NCBI GenBank assembly: GCA_017499595.2
Contig: CM039004.1
Location: forward strand, 124,001 to 188,000
Source: Psilocybe cubensis
Lineage: Eukaryota
DNA: 64,000 bases
Reading direction: 5' to 3'
The translations under genes and the position numbers were made by a program. Numbering within the stretch: the first letter of the stretch is position 1; each line of letters opens with the position of its first letter. The notes beneath the pieces were generated by a model. It searched no databases and had not been told where the DNA came from. It saw only the letters and a program-made list of their open reading frames with translations. Shown piece after piece: positions 10,349 to 25,599 of this stretch.

Positions 10349-13300
10349 TGCTTTACTAAAGAAAATTGGCCTTGTGTTAAGACGGATGAAGTTTGGATAT
10401 CTTGGATGTAAGATGTAGGACAGAATGAAGATTGCGAAGCAAAGCATCATCTTTTATACAATGGATTCTGCTGAGTAACTGACCTATTTGATTTTCAGAG
10501 TTTTCTTGATATCCAAATTTAGATCAAGATGAAGATGGCGTGGATGCTAGCAGGGTTCTTCATCACCGACCTGAACGTATATGAAATCGGAAGCAAATGA
10601 GACATGAGATTGCCGCTTCTCTGTTGGAGACTTGGATTAGACACATATCCGTATGGAGCAATCGAGAAGCTGTATACGTCCTGAAGAGGAACAATATCCA
10701 TGATCATTGGACGTAGAGTAATCAAGCTGAAGTGCGCTACGGTAAGCTTTCAACGTTAGTCGCAATACCGGACCGTGATTCTTACTTGTGCATCGCTCAA
10801 TTTAGGCATTTGGTATGCTTCTTTACTTCACGCTTCAAACGCTTGGCTTGTGGGGAACTGCATTTGAGCTGGTGTAATTGTAAACATCGCGTCTGGCCTC
10901 CTATGACTTCGGAGTGCATCATTTGAATTGGCTGTTAAAACTTCTTTTCCCTCCGAGTACATCGAGTAGGAGATTGAAGTCACCGTCGTACTCTGTTGGC
11001 AGTCATCGAGAGCAATAAATCAAAACATGAACATTATCCCAATTAAGAAACACCTACTATCATCTGTTTTAACTATAATCAAAGACAAGCTTGTGTAGAG
11101 AACGTTTGGGGAATGGCAGGAGAAGACCCGGGATGACATTTTTCAGCCCTTGGAAGGCTATGTAGCTCTTATTTGGAGATCGGTTTCATGTCCCAGGGTG
11201 GTGTATCAGAGCAGGCTAAGCCACTTCTTAACTCATATGTTCACGTTGGGGAACTTTAAACACGACCAGAGGTAGGCGGATCATCAAATATCAGAGGAAA
11301 TTGGATTCTAAGGTACAAGCCATAACAATATTGCAAGCGGTAAGAAAAAACAGCACCGCATAGACCTCGGGGAGACGATGAATTCGGAGGCATCACTTGG
11401 GGCATGGACATCGGATGGTGAGAATATCGTGTTTTCATTTGGACAATGAATATCTGGGTAAGAAATTACATTGCGATTTATTATGCATCTGAAACCTGGT
11501 ATCGAATAGAAGCCTTTTTCACGAACGATTTTAGGCATATATTCGACCTCTTACTCCTCACAATACTCGTCCCACTGGCGTTCTTTAGGATGGTAACTTC
11601 TTTTTGTCCCTAGATTTAGCATAATTATGGAGCGTATACTTAAAATCTTCATATTATAAGAGATGTTACAAAGCAGGAGATAGAGAAAGTGGGTGTCGAT
11701 CTCCGCAGAAATTTCCAACAGCCCGGAAAATTCATGGAAGTAACTCTTAGCTATTCCCAACCTCACTTGGACCGGATTTTTTACTAGTTTTATTGAGTGA
11801 GATGTGGAAGCGACAAATGGTAGTATATCCGGCTGTTCCCGGCTTTTGGCACTGGATACAACAAGACCAAATACGCAGCCACCCACCTCGGGTCCTCGTT
11901 GTCCAACCACGACGTCCGACTCCAACCAGAAAAGCATTCGAACGCCCACAGAACGAAAAAAGTGTGTCATTGGTGGATAAAGATTTCATTAGAGTTAGCG
12001 GGTTGGTGTGCGGCTTTCAATTGTGGTTGCAGGATCAGTTGGAATCCAGTACGTTTCTTAAACAGAACTTTGCTTGCTCGCTCCTTTATAAAACCGCTAG
12101 CCAAGGCCCCTCCTTAGGGAGACTGAATATTCTCGCCCCTGTCTTCGCCGTTTTCCTTCCATGCAATGCTCTGCTTCACCGCCATCACGCCATGTGTCTT
12201 GCCCTCGGCAACCTGTGTCATTCCAAATGGTTCGTGGAATACATTTTATGCAGGGCACAATCTACCACATTCGAGGGATTGCGTTGTGGTCAGCAGTAAT
12301 GTGGTAGAGAGAACGGTCAAGGGGATCGGTGAAATCGATGCGAGCAGGTAGGCATCGACTCCGGTGACGGTCATTCTTATGAATACGCCATAGTTCTTCA
12401 ATGAATGGTCCAACTTGCAGCTCTCGTGTAACGTCCGCCAGCTATTCCGCTTGGTTTTCCACCTCAATTAAACGGCAGATGTCCTTTTAGTCCCACTCTT
12501 CCTTTGAGCACCCTTCTCAGCGCATGGAGAGGCGTGTGCGACGCATATATGCGCGGTGAGCATGATTTTTCTGGAATAAAAGTTGCCTCACTCATGGATA
12601 TCACCTTCACTCACCGCAAAACCTTCTTCAACAACAACGCGATTCAAACCGATGATGTAGGCCGTCTCATCTCACCCCCTTCCATCCACCTCATGACTTC
12701 TCATCAGTAATTTAACCTCTTCAACGGGTTTGGCACATTTCCGTGTCCGACGGGTCCTCCTACGCCGACTTCTGATCGTTCTGGGTGTTTTGTGTGCAGT
12801 TATGCTTACGGTTAGAGGAGTGGATATGTAGAAGGGGTCGCTGAACGTGTTTAAGGTGTTATCGATATTTTTGGTGTCTTTGGGAAGGTATATAGATACA
12901 ACGCCCTCATTGCATTTAATCTTGCGCGGTGCGTTTCGTCTTTCCTCTCATATCCCTTTCACCACTCTTAGCCACTGCTAACGTCTAACTGCACAGTCGA
13001 CGATCAAGTAAACGAAGTAATCATGCTTCCCGTATACAGTGACTGCAAGCGCGATTATTCGCCTAATATTATACCCAGTTGTTGGATGGAGAGGTGTTGT
13101 ATCCTGACTACGTCGGTGTGGAATACGTACGTGGCATTGTCCCAAAAAGATCTATCGGCAGTAAGCTGACTGTAAGATATACACTTGTTGATTATGATCT
13201 TTGTATGCACCCCCTCGGAACTCGACTATGACCATGAACACACTCTATCGTCACTATCGAACACGCGCATACACCGCTACTACATTACTATGCTCAGTCT

Positions 13301-16300
13301 CACCCAACCGGATGCCACTTGATGAGGCATCTTCATCTTACATCCATCCCGACTCAAAGTCGAGATCAAACTTCGCTTCGCCGTCATTTTTGGCACGGTT
13401 CTTCCAGTCTGGCGTTATACTCGCGGCCGTGAGTTCACACCCACACCTTTATCTCAACTTTTTCATGAGCCTTGACCGTACCGAACCCTTAAAACAATAC
13501 TGATCGTTCGCAGAAGCTAACTCAGCTGCAGAAGACAACAAGCCTACTCTGATTTACATTGTTTCTTCCCTTCGTGACACCGCTTCGTTACCCATCTCCA
13601 TGTCTCCTGTTTTCATGATCTGGCCACGCTCTTTGTCAAAGGCCAACTGTCTTCTTATTGTGCGTCGATGTTCACGCCTGTTCAATCCACCAGCGAAGTC
13701 TGCCCTTCAGGACTACCACACAACAACAACCGAGAAATAAAAATTCACGCTCACTCGTTCAAAATCAATTGCCAACTGGATATAGAGACAGAAGTACGTA
13801 CGGTACAGTATACACCCAACGTGATATTGGCCGCCGAGTCCCGACTATCACGCGCGCGGTTGAGCATTCACTGGGTCTGGTATTCAAGTTCTTCTTTTGC
13901 AGCGACTGGTTAATCTTCAGTAGAAGCGATGAGGGTCCGCATTTGCATGTGCTCCACTGAATATGTTTGTCGTCTGATTTATCTGAACAATGCTGCGGTT
14001 AGTCCTTCACTCACTTGTTCCTCCTCGCATAACCTACTTGCAATTCTCTGCAGGATATTTGCTTGAGATGTGTCGCTTGGACGACGTAGTCCCTGTGTAT
14101 AACTCGCAAAGCATGCCGTTGACTTTGGTCTTGAAGCTTGAACCTCTCCCCTGCTCTGAAACCTCGATATCATTTCTCAGATTTTGACAGCTTTTCAGTG
14201 ATCCGCGCAGCGGGAGTCGTCTTAATGATGTCTGCCATCTGGTAGTTAACATAGTGACGCGAACCTTATAGCTTCTCTCTTTTTATCAGAACATTCCATC
14301 AGGCTATGACCCCTTCAACTGTCATCATTCCTGTTTTCCCATCTTTTCTCATCAAAGCTTCGCGGAGCTCTCTGGCAGTCTTGTGTCCTGGCTGTAGATT
14401 TTCCACATCTAATCTTTGTGCGGTTATAATTCCTGTTCCTCCCTTGCGTCCCGACCGTCCTGGAGCACCTGTTACCTCCCTAACTGTCAGTTGCCATTAT
14501 ATCACAGCTCAGCTCACTGAACCTTATTCCTGGATATTGTACATATGCTTTCATATATTTCTAGGTTCTCCGAAAATTTATTGTTCTTTTGGTTCCTGGC
14601 CTTTGTTTCGATGAATGGGTGTATGTCACCGTGACTGTGTACTTCCCAACCAGAAACCATACCATTCCCATGTACCCTGGCTTTGTCTGCCGTTGTCACA
14701 TTTTTCATTATGATCACCCACATCACATCACCGATTATTTCAATTCCGTTTCCAATTGAAATTTGTATTCCGATGTTTCCCACCGCAATCTGTCCTGTTT
14801 TGCATAACTTGAAGGTCGCCCTCACTCACATTCGCAATCGCATCACGTCGCACGTTGACCTAGCTTATCATGCTTATTCACAGTACCATTTTCACAGCTT
14901 TTCCATTGACTTGATTTAACCACTCCCGCGCAGTCACCATTTCACTACTGCGCTCTTCCGTTCGACTCGACTCGACATGGACACCAATCCGCATAGACGA
15001 TAAAGCTTTCATGCTCGTGCTTGCTCTACTCTCTTCGGAAGCCTTGACTGACTGACTGATAGACGCAGACGGACCTTGTCGTGGTTCCTGATCCAACATA
15101 TCATGCGTCTGATCTTCTGACCTTTTTGTGGATGTAGTGCTAAGGGTTTTTGGAAAGGCGTCCCTCCTCTTACCTTGCACATCGTATGGCTTCTCCACGG
15201 TCCTTGATGTCATCCATCATTCAAATTACCCATTAAGGTTCCTTGCCCATTTCTCGTGTCTTCTCGCACCGTACTCACAATTCAATAGCTGTGTTCTACT
15301 TGTGACTAGAATACGCCGCCGCCGCTGCGTAACACATCTTGTCTCTTGTAGGCTTGTGAATGTAACAGTTATCTGATTCGAATTCTGACTTACCTCAATA
15401 TCCTCCCACACAATAATTTTGTGTCGCTTTATTCGGTTACAATGACAGTATGCTTATGTTGTTTTTCGGAACTGAGCAGGCAGCATCAACCTCGGCAAAC
15501 CCCTTTCTCATAACTTCATGTTTAATCATATTCATAATCACTTGGCCGTCGTGTTTTAGCTTCTTTCTCATGTTATCTTAATTCAGATTTCTTTTCTGAT
15601 CCCAGGATAGGCAACACATACATACCATTTTGCTGCAAACATCTTGGCTATTGAATGTCCCAGTTCCGTTTGAATCATTCAGACCTTGTCAAGGTGGAGT
15701 CCTATTGGTATTCGCAATTAATTGACCTATGATATTGGCGCGATGCATATCATACCCTTGTGTATATGACACACTCGTGTCTGTTTGCAGATGTATGTAA
15801 GATTGGTGAAAACGCCACACCATACGATTGCCAGTCAAAACATGAGAAAAACACGGAGACGACACAGCAATTTGGCGGAGATTAAGCCAATCAGAAAGGC
15901 ACATATGACCAGTTTTCTCACTCAGAGGCTGTATATGCCGTCACATCCTATTCGGTTTACAATTTCTGGAGGTTATGTTCCAAAACCAAAGCATATGTTT
16001 TTTTGGAACTTCGGAGGGGAAATAGAGGGAAGTTGCCGAACGTGACATATATTGGAAAAAGATATGTTTTGATAATAAGTAGATTAAATTGAATGGTCTG
16101 TAAGGGGGTCTTTTGTAGCTGTAGACGTGATTATATTTGTCTGCTCTATTTCTGGGCTTCTCTTTTGCCTCGGCAACCCCATTCATCATTCCGTGTTCAT
16201 GTCTTTAAATGTTGCCTCACCACAAGGTGCATATTTTCATTTGAAGGCGGCCTTTCGAGGCCGTAGCGCACCATTACTGCTTCTGCTTGAGCGAACATCT

Positions 16301-17544
16301 GTTACTTTGGATTTGAGATTTTACAGATTTTTCCCTCACAAATTCGGAGTAATTAGTAATTGCTCCAGAGTCAAAGTCGGCCCCCGGAATGGCGTACCGC
16401 TCTGAACGCTCTCCATTTGACAGTAACTCTGTATACCTTGAATGTTAGCTCTTTATGATGTTACATTCCAACAGCAAGTGTCCATAATAATTGGTCCGCT
16501 CTTCAGATTTTTGTCGCATTGGCTTTACATCGAGTAGAATATCTCTGAAATGGCGGGCATGAAAAGTCGATGCACTGTGGAGGTTTCATGAAGGATGCCT
16601 GAACAGGTGCTTGGGAATTTAGCAGTCAGCGAGTCTGTTATAACATGATATCCATCTCCAACGCAAATGAAGGGACAGGTATCATGTCAACTTTGAACGA
16701 AATGGTGGAAAATGGAAAGTTTTGAATTCCACCGTCGTACATAAGATCGGAAGAACATTGCCCAGTGACAGCTTACACAATCCACGTCGAATATGCGTTA
16801 ACTACCAACCACTGACATTCTTTTTCAATAACTTACAAGGACCGGAAGCCAGCTTCCTCGGCTACTGATTCATATTTAATAGAAGTGAGGATTTTCAGTA
16901 GTATCAAATGAGGGGAGTCTGTGGAAGTTAGTTTAGCGTTCCATTTAAATCATCATTTGCACGGATAAAAAGAATATCAATATGACCCCTACCAGTTTTT
17001 CAGCTTGAATTTAGAGGTTAGCCAGAAGGATTGGACGACATGATATTAGACACGTGTATAGTGGGCGATCGCTCCTTGAATTATTTAGCACTCGCTCTAG
17101 CACGGTGATGCTTTAATGAACTCGAACTGACATGTGAAGCTAATATTGTGTCAACCATCCAAATAACTCATCATATGAACCTATTCTTCTCATGATCACA
17201 GCAACTATTAATACTTATACCTAGAAATAACAGTTTAAAAAGATTCAATTCCACGCCGGCCATCAATTTAGGGTGTCAGGGCCAGGTACGATGCGGCCGC
17301 CGTGTTTGAGTGTGTAGGTCCACTGAGCGTGTCCGAAAGCAATGGGCACACAGTGTAATCAACCACTGGAACTGAAAATCCCATGAGTATTGCGACTTAT
17401 ATGGCGAATAAGTAGACACGTTACGCAAAAGCAGATTATATCATCTAAAGGACCTGTACGCTACAAAACTGTTCATAATAGCATTCATATACGTTAAACA
17501 TTATTTGGTATATGTAAAGAAGTCTAGATATTTTGGGTATAGAG

Positions 17545-18363
17545 CTAAGAACGAAATCCTCCGACGAATGTGTTATCTTGTCCTGTTGTATGTGCAGCAG
17601 GAGGTGAAACAGGCTACAATTCGATATAAAAACCATTACTATTAAAATATCAAATTACGCATAACTAAATCACCACTCACAGGGGCGTAGTTTGCATGAT
17701 TAACAGAGTTGACGGGTGGAGGCGCACCGGAAGGCTGTATTACGAGAGAATCGTGAATCAGGAGAGATATGACAACGGCAAGGTGGACTTACTGGAGCAT
17801 ATTGTCCTTCATAGTTTGCATCCTGACCATATGCTGGTGGAGGAAGTGGAGCATTTGGGGCCGGATATTCTGTGATAGCGGGTGGTGTGGAGCTATATGG
17901 TGCATTAAAGGAACTCCCGCGATTGTAGACGGGTCCGGTATTTCCAAACGAGTTTCCGCGATTATAACTAGGTCCACCGCTGTTGACCTGTCCGACTGGA
18001 GGCGGAGGGATTGCTGTTCCATTTGAACGACCCCAAGGGCCCCCAAACATTGGCTTCCCGTAAAAGAAGTTGGGTTGAGCGCCAGGGTTGGCTCGCATTA
18101 CACGCCTTCTCTGAATTAGGCGTAGTAAGATACATAGAAGAAACAGCCCAGCGACTCCTCCTGTTCGATGGGAGAAGAAAAATCTCGACATGAGACAATC
18201 CCAAACCTTACAAACCAGTCAATCATTCCAACGCACCAACAATAGCACCGGCAATAACTCTTCCCCACGATCTCTGTGGCCAGTTATAGGTAACTTGAGC
18301 ATTTGCTGTCGGTAATTGGTTTGCAAAACAGAAAAGTATAACTGTCGAAGTCGAGAGGATCAT
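17545..18363 (-). CDS. Single-pass membrane protein with a Pro-rich tail and PY motif (Rcr1/Shisa-like, putative Rsp5/NEDD4 adaptor); 4 exons
   Basis: Signal-like MILSTSTVILFCFANQLPTANA, then a short ectodomain, TM IAGAIVG/GVAGLFLLCILL, basic stop-transfer QRRR, and a tail with LPPPAY, QYAP/PSGAPPP and NYAP/PVSPP..FVGGFRS*. Canonical GT-AG introns. Confidence 0.8.
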
Positions 18364-21300
18364 GGTACGAAGCAGTTTAGTTCTTGAAATTCTCCACAAA
18401 AAGACATTATAAGGGCCACAGGATTACTTGACGTCATGGGAGTATGTCACATGACAGCCCCTGTCGGGGACGTGCACATAATCGTCTATGCCAAGGTTTG
18501 TATGTCTACCTCGCATTACTGTGTGATATATAGTTATCATTAATGTACGTCTAGTAAGCTTTGGTTGGATACCAAGCAAACATGTAAAGCTACTTCACCT
18601 TCACAATAGCTTTAACTAGTTGATTAACTACAGCCCAGGCAAAAGTTACCCAGCTGCACGATAGACTCTTGGTGAGATATATACCTCTGGATATAGGAAA
18701 CAACTACTCTTTTATTTTGACTGTGTTCTGAGTCTGAGAGATAACAGAGTCGCAATTGAACCTGTATGTTTGATGCTGGCTTGATGATTTGATCCTGCAA
18801 TCGTGTGTGCAAGTCCACATTCACAAAAACCTCTTGTAATTCTGAGGGTAAATTAGGTATACATAATTTTATACCAAGTTGGTCAGTCAATATCCCGAAT
18901 CGAATCCAAAGCGCATTGCACTCAACCAGTTAAGAGGATGTAAGGTTCGGATAAATGGTAACCGAAAACGCACCGTAGCCCGGAGGGAATTGTCTTAATA
19001 AGCATCGCAGTCAGGTGATTATTATGCAGCCGGTCCGCTCATCCTTAACAACCGCGGCAATGAGCGGCGAGCGCTTTTACACCCGCGTTAGCCATCTTTT
19101 GTCCCAATTTTGTCCACGCTATTGAGCCCGAACTGAGCGCCAGCTGCTCATATCATTTGTGTAGTGTATCAATAAAAATTTGTACTGCAATTCAACTTGA
19201 GCATCCAGAAGACTTTCACAAACTCTACACGTTGGCTGAGTACTATGATGAGGTCCTGTCTACAATCGCCCGATTCAGCATGTCAAAGAGAGGTTTACTA
19301 AAGGCTTTAAACTAGTACCCGGAGTAATTACGAACAGGAGAGTGGACATATCGAAGAGACATGTAATGATTTGGTCACCCCTTTTTGGATTTTTGTGAGA
19401 GTGGCTTGATGGGCGAGAAGGCGAAACAGATCATTATTCCATTTATCAATGCCATAAGTATGTTATTTGCACTCCGCGTATGATCAATTTTCAAAAATTT
19501 TACTGTATGAACCTGGAGATAAGTGAAAAAGCAAGCACTCGGTCTTCGAAAATTCGTGATTTACATCTAAAGGTGCAGTCAAGAGTAGCATGCAAACAGA
19601 AGATAGGTCCGAAGATCCCATTGTGTCCATGAGATTACATCTGATTTACGTCCCTGACATGGACGCGCTCCCTCAGAAATTTTTTTCTATAACCCGGAAT
19701 CTTGGTAGAACCATTATTCACGATATCCATGGCCGGGTTACATGAATGGATTCAAATGAATCTCTAGGTTCCCATTTAGAAGAGAGTGACAGCTCACAGC
19801 GTAGCACCGTAGTCATTACCACCGGGCAGTGCCAAGTAACATCACATTGTAGAACAAGCAATATGAGGCGCATTTTGAGAGTATTCACCACACCGATACC
19901 ACGATAAGACCCTCAAATCTTCCCATTAAATTGTCTTGTCTAATTGAATTGAAAATTTAAATATATGTTGAGCTTAGTGGACATATAATTCTTCGGCATG
20001 TTTATAGCAACCTGCATACCACTAAGCAACTGCAGTGATACTTGGTATGGAGTAATTTAGGGCGCATTTACCTCGCCATCGATACCTTAATAAGAATAGA
20101 AGATAATCTATTCGATATCAAATGTTCTGAAATCAATTAGCCTATAAGGCCTTGTACTCGTGGCCGCGTGATAATAACGGCACATCCATACCGTGAAATA
20201 GAGCCACTAGAACCACTGCACACAGCACTGTAGAAGAAAGAATACTGCCCGAAATGCCACCCAGATGTCCTAGACCACTTCTTTCCTAGTAGGGAACCTC
20301 ACGACATGCTCATATGTTCGCGGGTGAATTTTTAGCCCTCTAGACCCCAGGCGAACAGATGACGAAGGAACGGACAAGGAGCCGCAGCGCGAATGAATAC
20401 ACACACCAAAAATAATGTCGATGTTTTGCTTCTGACTCGTCCCTGTGTGCCTGCCGAAGACCTCTCCTCAGATAGAATCTTCGTCATACCCTCCGCCAAG
20501 TCTCCGCGAAACGCACGCCTCGTACTCCTATCCCGATAATCCCAAAAATAAACCCTCCCTCCGCCTCAGCTTTTATCTCGCTCTCAAGATGTCAGCCACT
20601 TCTGTCCCCTTTGACCCGATTTGGAGTGGGCTGGAAGCAATAGCATCTACATCCCTGTCCAGAACCCCATAGTACGACGTGAGATTCCCGAACAAACACA
20701 ACACAGGATGCAGGGAAAAGCACATACACAGAGACAGCAATCGGGATTCTGGAGCACAGTCCACGGCTTACAGCCGAAATTCTGTTCTGTAAATAACTGC
20801 ATTCCTTGAATCTTCTCATGTTGGTGTTGATTGCAGGTGGTGATCACCCGTCTTATCTCGCATTGTACCATTCTTTTCTTCTCACAGACACACACACTTA
20901 TCCATTTGTTAAACATCGCCGTGAACCTCGCCACCTTCTCAACGGCATGAGGGAGTCACCAGCTCACTTTGACTCTGCCGGCCTTTTTGTGCATGGAGAA
21001 ATCGCCCTACTTTTTTGCTGGGCACAGATGCTCGCCCTCTCACCTGTACACTCAAGGACTGCGCAACGCCAAACGATCGTGCCTTTTGCAGAAACCTTTG
21101 CCTGTCCGTGTGAGTGTGCGTTCACGGACATCTAAGTCACATCTAGAAAACCGACCCTTGAGGCTTCCACTTCAAGTTCCAAGTCCCTCAAGCCAAGCAC
21201 ACCAAAAAGGCTCGGCACCACCACTCGGCGCAAGTGTCAGATTGGGAAGGTAGTAATGGCAGCGGCAGCAAAACCGCGCAGCACAGTTGTTTTCTTTTTT

Positions 21301-22913
21301 TTTTGTCCTCGCGGGCGTCTTCCCTGAATACATTTCTATTTGTCATACACCATATATTCCAATTTTACTTTCACGATTCGCGCCCAAAGCGCAAAAATTA
21401 ACCGCGGCTCTAACGCGCTATAGCCGCCTTTATCGTCATTGCCCGTCATCCATCCCGGTAAAAAAGTCGTAATCGTCTACCAAAGAAGGATAAACCGAAC
21501 GGTAATTCGTCGCTGGCGACTGTCGTGAGCAAATCAATCGACTGAGAGCATCCCTTCACGTCATCGCGTCAGCCACAGTGTTGTTTGTTGCCCGGACGGC
21601 CATTCTAGCCGGCTGAATGGATCATCTGAGTCTCCTCCAATGGACACTCCATCAAGCTCTGTGAATGAATCAACAATTCAATGGAGGGAGTACCGCCCCA
21701 TTCTCCCCGGGCAGAAGGGCCCTGCTCGCTCCTCAAGCTCCAGATTAACGAATCACTGACACACAATGATAAGATTCATCAGAAAGCCTGGATGCAACCG
21801 AGTACACCACTACGACCCACCACATGCAACACATCTCACTTGGCTCCGAGTACAAGACATGATACACGAAGCCAGAGCTGGGATATCCCGACGCATGCAA
21901 AGGGGTGTCGTGCGATCCCTTCCCTCGATTGCTGTGCGTGCACTGTCCGCTGTTCCAACAACGCGGATACACGGCGCCATTAGAGTTTCTATCCCACAGC
22001 GGGTGGGTACGAGGGGGGAGGTACATCACCAACAAACCGAGCAAGCATTCCATTTTTCAGTCTGATTAGCAATGGTGGGAAGCAGCGACCGCTCAAACGG
22101 TCCATGGCGGAGCGCAGTGCGAATTCTAGAATCGCCGGCGCATTGACACAGCTAGTGCCTTTCCTGCTCCGAATGAAGATTATTAAATCGCGACGTCGGT
22201 TGAAGCTTTGAGCTGTGTATTGTATTGTAGGACATAGCACATCCACATGTGCACACCTCTCATAGTGAGAGGTACGCCGGGTGTATCATTGACAATGACA
22301 CAATCTAGAAACCCGCTATGTACTGTATCCACCCATCAAAACAAACCAATTGAATAAATCCATGTACAAACCAACAAAAAGAAGTTGCAATATATTCATC
22401 AACGCGAACACTAACAGTACAAGTAGTCTAAAACGTTTTGCATTCTGGGAGGATAGGGATAGGAAGGTGATAAGATGGTTTGTAGATAGCAATGTAAATG
22501 TCATTCGACATGTCGGCAGTGCCGATCCAGAATGAGAACGTGAATTCATAGCCAAAATAGCAGCCGGGATAGTAACGAGTCAGAAGGCATGAAGGGATTC
22601 GGAGGGAGGGAGGGAGGGGGGGGGACAGATAGTCCAATGAAGCAGCAAAATTAAACACGAGACGAGACGAGACGAGCGATACACGACGCGAATACCATCC
22701 AAATCCAATAATCCACAAGAACCGAAACCGAAACCGAAACCGAAGCAAACAAAAAAAGGGGAAACGCAGACTAAAAACGCTACAGGCTGGACAGTGATAA
22801 TAGACGACTCGGTGTATAGGAGCGATGTAAAAAGAGATGATATAAAGACGCAGGCAGACAAACAACGACGGAAGATGGGGAGAAAAAAAAAAGAAAAGAA
22901 AGAAAAACCAGGA

Positions 22914-25230
22914 TCACCCATCCTTCAAGACATCCGACTTGATCCCAATCCTCCCAGTCAAGCTCGCAGGGGACGCCAAAATGCCTCCAGGCCCACTGAA
23001 CCCGCCCGAGTCCTCCTCAATCTTCGTATGCGCATGTTTCCCCACCCCACCTAGAACACCAACACCAATGCCCACAATACTATTCGACCTCCCGCGCTCA
23101 GCATGTTGTCCTCCACCGAATATATCCGATATACCACCACCCCCCCTATGCTCGCCACCGCGTTCCCACGATAACGCATCGCGCCCGCCTCCCACGTTTC
23201 CATTTCCATTGCCATTGTTGTTACTATTGTTATTGTTATTATTGTTACCAGAAAGAAAGTCGAGCCAGTTGCCCGAGCTGCTGCTGCCCCCCGGACCACC
23301 GAGCACCGACACCGACACAGGCGACGGTGCGGCCGCCGACGACGAGGAGAGGTGCGGTACTGGGAGAGAGGGAAGTGAACATTGCGATCAGTTAGATTCT
23401 GAAACTGGCGGTGAATATGTTGTGGCAATTGGTAAACATGTTTTTTTGTATGGTTGAGACAAGGGGGACGAAAGAGAAATACATCCATGACATTTTTTTT
23501 TGAATTTTGAGGTGATTGAGGACATGGACAGAGTCATGGACATGGAGGTGTGGAGGGGTGGCGTGGTAAATGCAAAGGGTTGGGGGGTAAAGCTAGGCAG
23601 GAGGCTTACCTGAGCTAGACGGCCCAGAGGGTCCGCCCGACGACCCGCCCCCACCACCGCTCGTGTTGTGCACCGGCCAGTCCAGCCCAACAAGACTCGG
23701 ACCGCCCCCCGAGTGGCTCTGGTGGCGGCTCTGCTCGTCCGCGTCCAAAAAAGCGGCGAACAGGTCCCCATTCCCCCCGCCGCTCCCGCCGGGGCCTGTA
23801 GACTGCGACGAGGTCGAAGACTGGTTGCGCAGTATGCCGGGGTAGAGATCGCTGCTGCGTGACGGGATGCCAAAGCCTGGTCCACCGCCGCCGCCGCCGC
23901 CGCCGCGCGACGAGGGACCGCGGGAGAAGTCTGACGAGGTCTGCAGAGGGATGAATGACGACGGGGGCGAGTTGTGTTGGCCAGAGACGGGGAAGAACGG
24001 CTGGTACTGCGGGCCGCCGCTATGGTGCCCGCCTCCCCCTCCCCCGCCGCCGCCGCCCCCACCACCGCCTGGGTGGTGCGGGCCCTGGGACGAGTGGTGG
24101 CCGTATTGCCCTGAGCGGGCGAAGGCGCCTGAGTTTTGTCCGGGGTAGTAGGGGTAGTTGCCGTTGCCAGAGTTGACGTCGTCCGAGGGAGAGCGGCTGT
24201 GGCCTAGATGGAGGCTCGGCCGCTGGCTGTTGCGCTTGTTGTCCCGCATGTCCATGCTGCGTGAGTCCGAGACGGGGAGGGTGGGTCGACCACCGCCGGT
24301 AGATTGAGAAGAAAGACCATGCAGCGAGAGAGGTGGTGGTTGCGCGATTGGAAGATTACGGTGTCCAGAGGAGTAATCGACCTGATACGGGCGTCAATGT
24401 CAGTGTCATGGCCGTTGGGGGAGAGGGGCATAGCCACGTACGTTGCCCGTAACCATGTCGCCGCCCGACTTCATCTTTCCGTCGTGCCTTCGCTTCCCAC
24501 GCGGGATATCGTCGTCGTCGTCGTCACCATCGTCGTCCTCGCCGATGTCGTCGAGCTTTGCGCTGTTGTTGCCCGAGAAATCCTGGGGCCCACGGGTGTC
24601 TTTCTCACCGTCGTGCTGGCAGATGGATTGATAAGGATCAGTGATAACGGGAAGAGTAAAGGTACACGCGTCAACATACCCTAAGATGCCTCTGGACGAT
24701 GTCGTGGATGTCGGCGCTCCCGTACTGGTAGAGCTTTACATGGTGTCCTGGTCGTTCCTCTTTTCGACGATAAAAATAGAACGAACGACAAGAGAATGCC
24801 AAGAATGAGACGAGGCAAACGGCGGTGCTAGAAGAGCAGACGCACCAAAGATGATGACGGCGACGTCGACGGAACAGAGAACGCCGAGCTCGTACGCCTT
24901 TTTGAAGAGGCCGTTCTTGCGCTGTTGAGCGGGGGGGCGGGAGGAGGAGGGCGGGATGGATGATGATAAGAATAATACGCCAAGCCAATTTAGCACAAAA
25001 ATAGCGACAAAAATATGGGACGCACCTTTAAAAAGGTGACAGAACGGTTTCGTTCGTGCTAAGTATAATTCGGGGTAAGCGAGTGGGCATAGGCGATGAG
25101 GAGGGCGTTGTATAATTGGAGGGGGATGAATGGGGAGGAGGAGGAGGAGCAGGGGGCCGATAATAGCCAACAAGAGGGACTGAAAAAAGCTCACCGTGAT
25201 GGGTTGTATTTCGATCTTTCTTCTGCCCAT
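22914..25230 (-). CDS. rlm1: MEF2-type MADS-box transcription factor (Rlm1/Smp1-like); about 7 exons
   Basis: Spliced N-terminus MGRRKIEIQPIT/HERNRSVTFLK/RKNGLFKKAYELGVLCSVDVAVIIF/EERPGHHVKLYQYGSADIHDIVQRHLR is a MADS box plus MEF2 segment starting at Met1. It is followed by acidic, poly-G and poly-N low-complexity regions ending ..SDVLKDG* at 22914. The symbol reflects family membership; orthology is not proven. Confidence 0.93.
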
Positions 25231-25599
25231 GTTGTGGGGAAAGCGAGGGTTTACAATCTCAACTTTCAAACACACCCCACTCTTTGAACCTTTGAACAAG
25301 CTTTACTCTAGTTTGTTTTCCATCACCCTCTCGGCACATCCCTGCCGCCCCCTCTCATTGGCCCCCGCCTCATGCCGTCTCTCTGCCGTGCCGAACTGCC
25401 GGAAATGGAAGCGGCGCTCCCACACCCACACAGCTAATGCTTCCGCTGATGTCGTCCTTTCCATCAGCCACTCGCCGCTTCTCCGCAGCAACTCTCTCGG
25501 ATCTCCTCCTCCTCCAGGGCAGCTCATCAACTATCACTCCAGCTGACGCCCGCCATCCTCGCCCCAGCAACACAACCACAGCTATGTCCTTGAAACCAT

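Noticed and set aside
11250-16400. Scattered 60-170 aa ORFs and splice-like signals
   Set aside because: No consistent gene model or recognisable motif could be assembled. Possibly decayed genes or transposons.
18990-19167. Segment ending TGTAGTG (CACTA-like terminus)
   Set aside because: No matching opposite TIR or TSD found.
20445-22250. Overlapping short ORFs downstream of the MADS gene
   Set aside because: Stops interrupt every frame and no family is recognisable.
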